Shown here: in pieces, positions 24,832 through 34,397 of the stretch
How the letters are laid out: each line of letters starts with the position of its first letter
Position numbering within the stretch: position 1 is the stretch's first letter
Assembly (NCBI RefSeq): GCF_057098645.1
Contig: NZ_CM169472.1
Strand: one strand, 5' to 3'
Length of the DNA stretch: 64,000 bases
The notes under the pieces: model-generated
Database searches by the model: none
What the model was told of the DNA's origin: nothing
The model's input: the letters and a program-made list of their open reading frames with translations, nothing else
Translations under genes and position numbers: made by a program

Positions 24832-25179
24832 TTAATGATTCGTATTAAGTCGTAGCCATCCGCATGGCTCCGGGCGATTCAGTCGGCGCACCAGGATGTA
24901 CACTTCGGATGCGTTCTTGATGTAGTAAACAATCCGCTCATTCTGGTGTTAATGGAAACACCCGTAAAAAGCAGGAGGAATGCCAGTTATTGGCGAATTT
25001 ACAATGCTGCCATCGGGGTGAGTTTCATGAAGATTATTATTTTTTTTACGCCTTGTATCATCGCGGTAAATAATAATTTCTTCCTGTGTTTCATAAAGTA
25101 TATAGTTACAATTACTCGTGAATTTTATCGATAACTCGACGTTAGCCTTCAGCCAGAGAAAAATTAACTCGCAAATTTT
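24832..25179 (-). pseudogene. Possible RelE/ParE-like toxin remnant (no start codon, one in-frame TAA)
   Basis: A reverse-strand frame of 116 codons is interrupted by TAA at 24951..24949. Its tail ...NERIVYYIKNASEVYILVRRLNRPE resembles the C-terminal beta-strands of RelE/ParE toxins. This is weak, motif-level evidence only. Confidence 0.25.
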
Positions 25180-25909
25180 TTAATTTATCGTTAGGGGAAT
25201 GGATAAATTATATTCTCGACCCTAATTACAGGGTTCATCTGAAAGCAGTGGCGTCTCATCTTATTACTTCTCTTTCTTTATTCAACACTAGTGGGGTTGT
25301 AAAAATGCCATAGTAGAAAAATCATGAGTAAAAAGTCTTTATTAATTATCATCTTATTGATTTTTATGTCTTGGTGTTTGTGATGATTGATTTTCACTAG
25401 AATCTCTTACTTTGATTAAGATTTTTATTTTTTCTTATATTTAACGTTATTCAATGCGCGTCCTGCTACGTTTTATCGTGATTTAGAATTGTATGTAGCA
25501 TTAGCCATAAAATGATATCACTGGGAATATAATAAGGGGAATTATAATTTTGGGGGATAATTAGGCACTATCAAAAATCGCTCATTCCAGACTTAAATAC
25601 ACGTTTTCTCCTGTTTAGGTTATGGGCGAAAAATTCGATGAGGAGACGAGGTATAATTTCATTCACAACCCTATCACTATCTATTAATAAGCAAAAAACA
25701 ACGTTCTTTTGTGATACGACTAACTGAAAATCCAACCCTTCGGGCACGCTGCAGCGAGTTTGTGGGCACTAACATTCGTACAAGCTTCATCTGCCGGGCG
25801 AAACGTCAGCTAAATACCTTAAAATAATCGCTTTTTTCTCCGGATTTGATCTCCTCATTTTTACATTCCAACATCATTTTATAAACATTCCGCTTGTATT
25901 TTTCTTTAG

Positions 25910-25928
25910 CGTAATGATAATCGCTATC
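25910..25928. promoter_or_regulatory. Fur box upstream of efeUOB
   Basis: cgTAATGATAATCgcTATC matches about 15 of 19 positions of GATAATGATAATCATTATC, 60 nt upstream of efeU. efeUOB is a known Fur-repressed operon. Confidence 0.6.
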
Positions 25929-25987
25929 ACTGCGATTTACTTTTCTTTGCATAGATTGACTCAGAAAAACGTTTAAGGGTGGGTGGC

Positions 25988-26818
25988 ATGTTTGTTCCGT
26001 TTCTCATTATGTTGCGCGAAGGACTTGAAGCCGCGCTGATTGTCAGTTTGATTGCCAGCTATCTTAAGCGTACCCAGCGAGGCCGATGGATTGGTGTGAT
26101 GTGGATTGGCGTGTTGCTTGCCGCTGCGTTGTGCCTGGGCTTGGGTATCTTCATTAACGAAACCACCGGCGAATTTCCGCAAAAAGAGCAGGAACTGTTT
26201 GAAGGTATCGTGGCGGTGATCGCCGTGGTGATCCTTACCTGTATGGTTTTCTGGATGCGCAAAGTGTCGCGCAACGTCAAAGTGCAACTGGAACAGGCAG
26301 TCGATAGCGCATTGCAGCGTGGAAATCATCATGGCTGGGCGCTGGTGATGATGGTCTTTTTTGCCGTTGCAAGGGAAGGCCTGGAGTCGGTATTTTTCCT
26401 GCTGGCGGCATTTCAACAAGATGTCGGGATTTGGCCGCCGCTGGGTGCAATGCTCGGTCTTGCTACTGCCGTGGTGCTCGGCTTCCTGCTCTACTGGGGC
26501 GGTATTCGCCTCAATCTTGGTGCATTTTTTAAATGGACCAGCCTGTTTATTCTCTTCGTCGCCGCAGGGCTGGCAGCTGGTGCCATTCGCGCATTTCATG
26601 AAGCCGGATTGTGGAACCACTTTCAGGAAATCGCCTTTGATATGAGCGCGGTGCTCTCAACTCACTCGCTGTTCGGCACGCTAATGGAAGGTATTTTTGG
26701 TTATCAGGAAGCGCCGAGCGTCAGCGAAGTCGCCGTCTGGTTTATTTATCTCATCCCGGCGCTGGTGGCGTTTGCTCTGCCACCACGTGCAGGGGCGACA
26801 GCGTCTCGCTCCGCGTAG
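25988..26818 (+). CDS. efeU: EfeU, Ftr1-family ferrous iron permease (intact)
   Basis: Track ORF is 25979..26818. The likely start is ATG 25988 (MFVPFLIMLREGLEAALIVSLIASYL..., 276 aa). Both REGLE motifs are present (LREGLEA, AREGLES) and the frame is uninterrupted. Confidence 0.93.
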   Translation: MFVPFLIMLREGLEAALIVSLIASYLKRTQRGRWIGVMWIGVLLAAALCLGLGIFINETTGEFPQKEQELFEGIVAVIAVVILTCMVFWMRKVSRNVKVQLEQAVDSALQRGNHHGWALVMMVFFAVAREGLESVFFLLAAFQQDVGIWPPLGAMLGLATAVVLGFLLYWGGIRLNLGAFFKWTSLFILFVAAGLAAGAIRAFHEAGLWNHFQEIAFDMSAVLSTHSLFGTLMEGIFGYQEAPSVSEVAVWFIYLIPALVAFALPPRAGATASRSA

Positions 26819-26875
26819 CAAATACGACGCAAACTCTTGCTTAGTTACAACATACTTTAAATGGATAGTCTCGTC

Positions 26876-28003
26876 ATGACCATTAACTTCCGCCGTAACG
26901 CATTGCAGTTGAGCGTGGCTGCGCTGTTCTCTTCTGCTTTTATGGCTAACGCCGCTGATATTCCGCAAGTCAAAGTGACCGTGACGGATAAACAGTGCGA
27001 ACCGATGACCATTACGGTTAACGCCGGGAAAACACAGTTCATTATTCAGAACCATAGCCAGAAGGCGCTGGAGTGGGAGATCCTCAAAGGCGTGATGGTG
27101 GTGGAAGAGCGGGAAAATATCGCCCCTGGTTTTAGCCAGAAAATGACGGCGAATTTACAGCCTGGCGAATACGATATGACCTGCGGTCTGCTGACTAACC
27201 CGAAAGGGAAGTTGATTGTCAAAGGTGAGGCAACGGCGGATGCGGCGCAAAGTGATGCGCTGTTAAGTCTTGGTGGTGCAATTACTGCATATAAAGCGTA
27301 TGTCATGGCGGAAACCACACAGCTGGTGACCGACACCAAAGCCTTTACCGACGCGATTAAAGCAGGCGATATCGAAAAAGCGAAAGCACTGTATGCGCCG
27401 ACGCGCCAGCACTATGAGCGCATTGAACCGATTGCTGAACTGTTCTCCGATCTGGATGGCAGCATTGACGCCCGTGAAGATGATTACGAGCAAAAAGCCG
27501 CTGATCCAAAATTCACCGGTTTCCACAGTCTGGAAAAAGCATTGTTTGGCGACAACACCACCAAAGGAATGGATCAGTACGCTGAGCAGCTTTATACCGA
27601 TGTGGTCGATTTACAAAAACGCATCAGTGAACTGGCTTTCCCACCTTCAAAAGTGGTTGGCGGTGCAGCCGGACTGATTGAGGAAGTGGCGGCCAGCAAA
27701 ATCAGCGGTGAAGAAGATCGCTACAGCCACACTGATCTGTGGGATTTCCAGGCTAACGTTGAAGGCTCGCAGAAAATTGTCGATCTGCTGCGTCCACAAC
27801 TGCAAAAAGCCAACCCGGAACTGCTGGCAAAAGTCGATGCCAACTTTAAAAAGGTCGATACCATTCTGGCGAAATACCGTACTAAAGACGGTTTTGAAAC
27901 CTACGACAAATTGACCGATGCCGACCGGAACGCGCTGAAAGGGCCGATTACTGCGCTGGCGGAAGATCTGGCGCAACTTCGCGGTGTGCTGGGACTGGAT
28001 TAA
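26876..28003 (+). CDS. efeO: EfeO, periplasmic cupredoxin/M75-like iron-binding protein
   Basis: Track ORF is 26861..28003. The likely start is ATG 26876 ([26 protein letters not shown] signal peptide, 375 aa). Confidence 0.94.
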   Translation: MTINFRRNALQLSVAALFSSAFMANAADIPQVKVTVTDKQCEPMTITVNAGKTQFIIQNHSQKALEWEILKGVMVVEERENIAPGFSQKMTANLQPGEYDMTCGLLTNPKGKLIVKGEATADAAQSDALLSLGGAITAYKAYVMAETTQLVTDTKAFTDAIKAGDIEKAKALYAPTRQHYERIEPIAELFSDLDGSIDAREDDYEQKAADPKFTGFHSLEKALFGDNTTKGMDQYAEQLYTDVVDLQKRISELAFPPSKVVGGAAGLIEEVAASKISGEEDRYSHTDLWDFQANVEGSQKIVDLLRPQLQKANPELLAKVDANFKKVDTILAKYRTKDGFETYDKLTDADRNALKGPITALAEDLAQLRGVLGLD

Positions 28004-28008
28004 GCGTT

Positions 28009-29280
28009 ATGCAGTATGAAGATGAAAACGGCGTGAATGAACCGTCACGCCGACGTTTACTGAAAGGGATTGGTGCACTGGCGCTGGCGGGAAGTTGTCC
28101 GGTCGCTCATGCACAAAAAACGCAAAGTGCACCGGGTACGCTTTCACCGGATGCACGCAATGAGAAACAGCCGTTTTATGGTGAGCATCAGGCAGGGATC
28201 CTGACGCCACAACAGGCCGCAATGATGCTGGTGGCGTTTGATGTGCTTGCCAGCGATAAAGCCGATCTTGAGCGGTTGTTTCGCTTGTTGACTCAGCGTT
28301 TTGCTTTTCTGACTCAGGGCGGAGCAGCACCAGAAACGCCAAATCCGCGCCTGCCACCACTCGATTCCGGCATTCTTGGCGGCTACATTGCGCCCGATAA
28401 TCTCACCATCACGTTATCGGTGGGTCACTCATTGTTTGATGAGCGCTTTGGCCTTGCGCCACAGATGCCAAAAAAGCTGCAGAAGATGACGCGTTTCCCC
28501 AACGACTCGCTGGATGCGGCGTTATGCCATGGTGATGTGTTGCTACAAATTTGCGCCAACACCCAGGACACGGTGATCCATGCACTGCGCGATATCATCA
28601 AACACACGCCGGATTTGCTCAGTGTGCGCTGGAAGCGGGAAGGGTTTATTTCCGATCACGCGGCGCGTAGTAAAGGCAAAGAGACGCCGATTAATTTGCT
28701 GGGTTTCAAAGACGGCACTGCCAATCCCGATAGCCAGAATGATAAGTTGATGCAAAAAGTGGTGTGGGTAACGGCAGATCAGCAGGAGCCTGCGTGGACA
28801 ATCGGTGGCAGCTATCAGGCAGTACGCTTGATTCAGTTTCGAGTGGAATTTTGGGACAGAACGCCGCTGAAAGAACAGCAGACAATTTTTGGCCGTGATA
28901 AGCAAACCGGTGCGCCGATGGGAATGCAGCATGAGCATGATGTGCCTGATTACGCCAGCGACCCGGAAGGGAAGGTGATCGCGCTGGACAGCCATATCCG
29001 GCTGGCGAATCCCCGCACGGCGGAGAGTGAGTCCAGCCTGATGCTGCGTCGCGGCTACAGTTATTCGTTGGGGGTCACCAACTCCGGACAACTGGATATG
29101 GGGTTGCTGTTTGTCTGCTACCAACACGATCTGGAAAAAGGCTTCCTGACAGTACAAAAAAGGCTCAATGGCGAAGCGCTGGAGGAATACGTTAAACCTA
29201 TCGGCGGCGGTTATTTTTTTGCGCTGCCGGGAGTGAAGGACGCGAACGATTATCTCGGAAGCGCATTATTGCGGGCCTAA
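28009..29280 (+). CDS. efeB: EfeB, Tat-exported DyP-type heme peroxidase/deferrochelatase
   Basis: 423-aa ORF with a twin-arginine signal ([16 protein letters not shown]). Confidence 0.95.
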   Translation: MQYEDENGVNEPSRRRLLKGIGALALAGSCPVAHAQKTQSAPGTLSPDARNEKQPFYGEHQAGILTPQQAAMMLVAFDVLASDKADLERLFRLLTQRFAFLTQGGAAPETPNPRLPPLDSGILGGYIAPDNLTITLSVGHSLFDERFGLAPQMPKKLQKMTRFPNDSLDAALCHGDVLLQICANTQDTVIHALRDIIKHTPDLLSVRWKREGFISDHAARSKGKETPINLLGFKDGTANPDSQNDKLMQKVVWVTADQQEPAWTIGGSYQAVRLIQFRVEFWDRTPLKEQQTIFGRDKQTGAPMGMQHEHDVPDYASDPEGKVIALDSHIRLANPRTAESESSLMLRRGYSYSLGVTNSGQLDMGLLFVCYQHDLEKGFLTVQKRLNGEALEEYVKPIGGGYFFALPGVKDANDYLGSALLRA

Positions 29281-29357
29281 TGTTTTTAGGCGGATAAGGC
29301 ATTTGTGCGCAGATGCCTGATGTGAATCCTGCTGAAAGCACACAGCTTTTTTCATCT

Positions 29358-29376
29358 CTGTCATCACTCTGTCATC
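29358..29376 (+). promoter_or_regulatory. Pho box (PhoB binding site) of phoH
   Basis: CTGTCATCACTCTGTCATC is two direct CTGTCAT repeats 11 bp apart, upstream of phoH, a known Pho-regulon gene. Confidence 0.7.
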
Positions 29377-29524
29377 TTTCCAGTAGAAACTAATGTCACT
29401 AAAATGGTGTTTTATAGTTAAATATAAGTGAATATATTGTTGCAATGAATGCGAGATCTGTTGTACTTATTAAGTAGCAGCGGAAGTTCCCGGCAGTGAT
29501 AGTCAGTCACTATGGAGATCGCGG

Positions 29525-30589
29525 ATGGTAACGTCCTGTACTGGACATGTTTTAGATAATCAACGCGCCACCACTCGCGGAGTTTTCTCCTCCGGTAGTC
29601 ATCTCGTCACTTTGCATTTTCAACCTCATCCTTTCTTTTCATGTGTTACCGACGCCGTAAACGGTGCGCGTAGCCGTTTTTCGGCATTTTATCCAAAAGC
29701 AAACTATGGCTTACAAGGAAGCCAACCCTCTGATGTTCGTGCGCATAATCGCGCTGCCAACGGCGCGTGTGATGAATACAAACAACTCAAGGTGCTCTCC
29801 ATGGGAAGACAAAAAGCAGTGATCAAAGCTCGTCGCGAGGCAAAACGTGTGCTGAGACGGGATTCGCGCAGCCATAAGCAGCGTGAAGAAGAATCGGTCA
29901 CCTCGCTTGTGCAGATGAGCGGCGTAGAAGCCATTGGTATGGCCCGCGACAGTCGCGATACTTCGCCCATCCTCGCGCGAAATGAAGCGCAATTGCACTA
30001 TCTAAAGGCTATTGAGAGTAAGCAGCTGATATTCGCTACGGGCGAAGCCGGGTGCGGAAAAACCTGGATCAGCGCAGCAAAAGCGGCAGAGGCCCTGATA
30101 CATAAGGATGTCGACAGGATTATCGTCACCCGTCCAGTTCTGCAAGCCGATGAAGATCTTGGCTTCTTACCTGGAGATATCGCAGAAAAGTTTGCTCCCT
30201 ATTTTCGCCCGGTATACGACGTGCTGGTCCGGCGCTTAGGGGCTTCCTTTATGCAGTACTGCCTGCGACCGGAAATAGGGAAGGTGGAAATTGCGCCGTT
30301 CGCCTATATGCGTGGACGTACCTTTGAAAATGCAGTTGTCATTCTTGACGAGGCGCAGAATGTGACTGCCGCGCAAATGAAAATGTTTTTAACCCGCCTC
30401 GGGGAGAACGTGACGGTTATCGTTAACGGTGATATCACGCAATGCGATTTACCTCGCGGCGTGCGCTCCGGATTAAATGACGCACTGGAACGTTTCGAAG
30501 AAGATGAAATGGTCGGGATCGTCCGATTCGGTAAAGAGGATTGCGTACGTTCGGCACTTTGCCAACGTACGCTACATGCATACAGTTAA
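29525..30589 (+). CDS. phoH: PhoH, phosphate-starvation-inducible ATPase
   Basis: 354-aa ORF with Walker A GEAGCGKT. A shorter product from the internal MGRQKAVIK start is also possible. Confidence 0.9.
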   Translation: MVTSCTGHVLDNQRATTRGVFSSGSHLVTLHFQPHPFFSCVTDAVNGARSRFSAFYPKANYGLQGSQPSDVRAHNRAANGACDEYKQLKVLSMGRQKAVIKARREAKRVLRRDSRSHKQREEESVTSLVQMSGVEAIGMARDSRDTSPILARNEAQLHYLKAIESKQLIFATGEAGCGKTWISAAKAAEALIHKDVDRIIVTRPVLQADEDLGFLPGDIAEKFAPYFRPVYDVLVRRLGASFMQYCLRPEIGKVEIAPFAYMRGRTFENAVVILDEAQNVTAAQMKMFLTRLGENVTVIVNGDITQCDLPRGVRSGLNDALERFEEDEMVGIVRFGKEDCVRSALCQRTLHAYS

Positions 30590-30606
30590 GTGTATTATCG
30601 GTGCAG

Positions 30607-30632
30607 AGCCCGGGCGAACCGGGCTTTGTTTT
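30607..30632. terminator. Terminator between phoH and pgaD
   Basis: agcccgg (30607-30613) pairs with ccgggct (30619-30625) and is followed by ttgtttt. Confidence 0.7.
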
Positions 30633-30638
30633 GGGTGT

Positions 30639-31052
30639 TTATGCCCGGACTAGCGCTTTTTCTGAAACCACCATTTTTATTTGCCCCTGGCTGGTGAAGT
30701 GTACGCTCATCCTGTGGCTTTTTTGTAGTTGCTGATAGAGCTCATCAGGTATTGCTAAGCTCTCTGCATATTCTTGCGGCGTATATTGGTAGGCTGCATG
30801 ATGCTGCTGTTTTTGAAAACGCAGCTTATTGTACAGCGCCCAGACAATTAACACGACGGCATTCGCCACTGCCAGCAAAAAATAGAACTGAAGTCGGCTT
30901 CGGGCCTCGCTTTGCCAGTAATAACCCGTCAGCAGATCCATGGCGAATAAGAATATGAACAAAGCAAATAATGTCCACAAGATGGTTGTGGCAACATAAT
31001 CAACCAGTAAACGTACTGGCGATTGTCGGGTCGTAATAATTAAATTGTTCAT
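30639..31052 (-). CDS. pgaD: PgaD, small inner-membrane partner of the PGA synthase
   Basis: 137-aa [37 protein letters not shown]...; pga operon order. Confidence 0.93.
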
Positions 31053-31053
31053 A

Positions 31054-32379
31054 TTAACCTCTCAGAATCCCGCGATCAGGACTTACCCAACGGGCGCGTT
31101 GCTTTTTAGGCATCAACATGACTCGTGTAAATGATACCAATGTCGTTGCCAGGCTCAGCATCCAGAAAATAACCGGGAACCAAATAATCCAGAAAAGCGA
31201 TGAAGTCAGATTATGCTCATAGCGATTCTCAATCATCAGGCTGACAATAAATTGCAGTAAACATAACGTACACAATAATATTCCGGCAGTATGTGTCGCA
31301 GCGATATGTGTCAATTCAATATTTAACGGTACACCTGCAAGTTGGACTACGTAAATAATGAAACCGACCAGGCAGGTAAAGGCCCATATTGTCGTCAGAC
31401 AGTATTCAAAAAACAGTGGCCACATTCGAAAGTTTTCTTTGCGCCATAGCCTTGTCATATTTTTGAGGAATACTTCTGCACCGCCCTGAGCCCAGCGCAG
31501 GCGCTGTTTCCACAGCCCTTTTAACGTTTCAGGCATTAATATCCAGCACAGCGCCCGAGGCTCGTAAAAAATCGTCCACTGATTTAACTGCAGCTTCCAG
31601 CTAATATCAATATCTTCGGTGATCATATCGTCACTCCAGTAACCCACTTCTGCCAGGGCGCTGCGACGAAATGCGGCAATAACACCGGAAACGGTAAATA
31701 CGTTTCCATAGATACGCTGGGTTCGCTTGATCAAACCAATAATTGAGGAATACTCGCCAACCTGAATTTTACCCACGAGGGTAGAACGTGTGCGAATACG
31801 AGGATTACCGGTTACGGCACCCACACGCGGGTTGTACAACATCGGTTCCACAATATATGCCGCCGCATCGCGGTCTAATAACGCGTCGCCATCAATGCAC
31901 ACCAGATATTCACTTTTCGCCGCGGCAGCTCCGGTTTTAAGCGCAATGGCTTTCCCCTGGTTTTGCGCCAGATGAATGACCCGCAAATGGGGAATTTGTG
32001 CAGCCATGCGATCCAGGATGGCACGGGTTTTATCTGTTGAACCGTCATTTACGGCAATAACTTCAATGTTCTCATAACGCTGTGCTAAAGCGGCGTGTAT
32101 GGTTTCCTCAACGTTTTTCTCCTCATTAAAACAGGGAATGATAATGGAGATAGACGGATTATCTTTCAACTGGGGAGCTGGTGCGTTTTCCCCCCACGGC
32201 CAGTGGCGTTCACGATAGACCCAGAAATAGACGCCGCCAACAATCCACATGATGGACATAAAAAACGGCCAGAAGAAAACGAACCTCATCATCAGTTCAC
32301 CAGAGTGAAAGTACGCTACGCATAGGGGGATGCATAACACCAGACATAATATAAAAAACGATACGATGCGATTAATCAT
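31054..32379 (-). CDS. pgaC: PgaC, poly-beta-1,6-N-acetylglucosamine synthase (GT2)
   Basis: 441-aa ORF with the GT2 signature (IIIPCFNEE ... DGD ... QRLRWAQG). Confidence 0.95.
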
Positions 32380-34389
32380 TTTTCGGATACCAGGCTGTTG
32401 AAAACTCAGGACGAATAACGTCTATTTCAGGTTGGTTATGCAGAAAATTGTCGGGATAATAACCATAGTTTTTCACTCCATTCAGTTGTAATAGGCTCAT
32501 CCAGTGAGCGAGTTGTTGCGAAGAAATAGCCTGATGCTGACCATTTTTCTGCCAGTTTTGTGCCTGTAATTCTAAAATAGATTTGTCTTTAGCCTGAGGG
32601 ATGCTTTTAATCTGATTGATCAGTTGTATTAACCATTGATCAGCCGATTTTTCTGCGACACCTTCCATATAAGGCATAGCCATAATAGCAGTCCAGTCAT
32701 AGCTTTTTAGGAAATCAGCATAATTCTGTGCAAACTAGGCTTCACTTTCAGGTTGTGTTACCGGAAGTGCAAAAATATTTCGTGCAGTTTTAACATGTGG
32801 ACCACGAATGGCTTTTACGCGCGCACTAAGTTCTAAAGTGAAGTCAGTTAACGCACGACTTTTAAAGCGGGTCCACTGTTTAAATTGCTCCGGGTTTTGT
32901 CGAATTTCGCTCAGACTCCCGCTAAAGCCTGCTTGCTGATAAGCCGCGATAGCCGGTGCACTGGCATCTTCATAATCTGAAAGCAAAGCATCATCGTGGA
33001 ACAATAGGCCATCAAAAGCAGCATGTCCGGCAAGATCTTCATATAACATGCCAACTTGTGCTCTGACCCTGTCATCGAAAGGAGAGAGACGGCGATATTG
33101 TTCAGGATGAATTTGTGCTTTTTTCTCCCCTGTTGGTAAGTATTTTACTCGCGTTAATGTGGGATCTAAATCCCAGCTTAATACCGGCATCCACGCATAG
33201 ATGTTTACACCTGAGCGGGTACGTAATTGCCAGGCAACCCGACTAAAATATCTGCTTTCATTGGTAGCAAACGATTTGGAAACCAGACCTCTTTGACCAG
33301 CCCATCACCATCGGGATCAGCAAATGCCTGCAAATACACGGTTGATATTTGCATATCTTTCACCCGCTGAATTAGCACATCAATATTGCGATCCATTTGC
33401 TGGCGGTTTTCGTCATAAACGTAATCAAGATCGATATGCATTATCCGTTGTGGTGATTTTTCCTGTACGGTAATAATTTGCTGGGCAAACTCTTTTAATG
33501 AGGGATTATTGGCGATTAATACTCGCGGAATGGAATCCAATTGCGACGCATTTGCCAAACCTGATTCAAGGGTGAAGAACATGTCATAACCGAGTTTTTT
33601 TAATTCCTCTATCGCTATGCCATTCGCTTCGCCATAAGGCCAAACAAAAACGTGTGGATTTACCTCAACCTTTGTACGCAGGTATTCCGTCATTTTTACA
33701 GCATCCAGACGAATTCTTTCCCGGTATTCTGCTGCGGTTTCATACCGTGCGTGGTCAGTAAAATATGCACGATTTACATATACAGGCAATAAGCTGCCGG
33801 TGGCATTAGCCTGAATACCGTAGTGAGAATTCCATGTATGAGAAGCGAGCTCAACGAGCCGGGAACGCGCAACTTCTCGCACTTGTTGCCACGTGGCAAA
33901 ATATTCTCGATCGACCATCTCATCGCCAAATTTTACTTGTTTATCCGCTGGCGTATCGACCCAACTGCCGACGGGGGCCCATACAGCAGGCCACTGGAAG
34001 GCCTGAAGAATTGGGAAGACGCGGGTATAAAAACTCTGGTAGCCGTCATCAAAAGTCAGCACTACAGCTTTTTCCGGTAGCGGTTTTCCTCCTCGATGTG
34101 CTTCACGAATTTGAGCAATACTGACCGGTTGATAACCGTTCTCGCGCAGCCAGGCAAATTGTTCACGCAGTGCTGATGTCCGCACTGACATAAAACGCTG
34201 GTCGGCAGCTTCGTCTTCAACGTTATGCCATGAAATCGCTACAAAACCATTATGCGGCCACGGTTGCTCGGCGAGTAAAGATTCGCGATCCTGTGGCGGT
34301 ATAAATGATGTTCTTGACTGGCTAATGCACGCGGTGAGCATAATTATACTCACCAGCATCAGGAGATATTTATTTCCATTACGTAACAT
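32372..34389 (-). pseudogene. pgaB: pgaB (PGA N-deacetylase/export lipoprotein) broken by a frameshift and an amber codon
   Basis: Three consecutive track ORFs (33205..34389, 32735..33190, 32372..32683) together spell PgaB. After ...RLLPMKADI, a run of four T (reverse strand of 33246-33249) causes a -1 frameshift; one extra T would give FSRVAWQLRTRSGVNIYAWMPVLSW. After ...QPESEA, the codon at 32737..32735 is TAG where the protein should continue WFAQNYADFLKSYDWTAIMAMPY in the same frame. Confidence 0.85.
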
Positions 34390-34397
34390 ATTTATCC

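Noticed and set aside
25973-26620. 215-aa reverse ORF opposite efeU
   Set aside because: The forward frame encodes EfeU with both REGLE motifs. The reverse ORF is a shadow.
29289-29330. Possible degenerate REP element after efeB (ggcggataaggcatttgtgcgcagatgcctgatg)
   Set aside because: It is only a partial, imperfect palindrome, too degenerate to call confidently as a REP copy.
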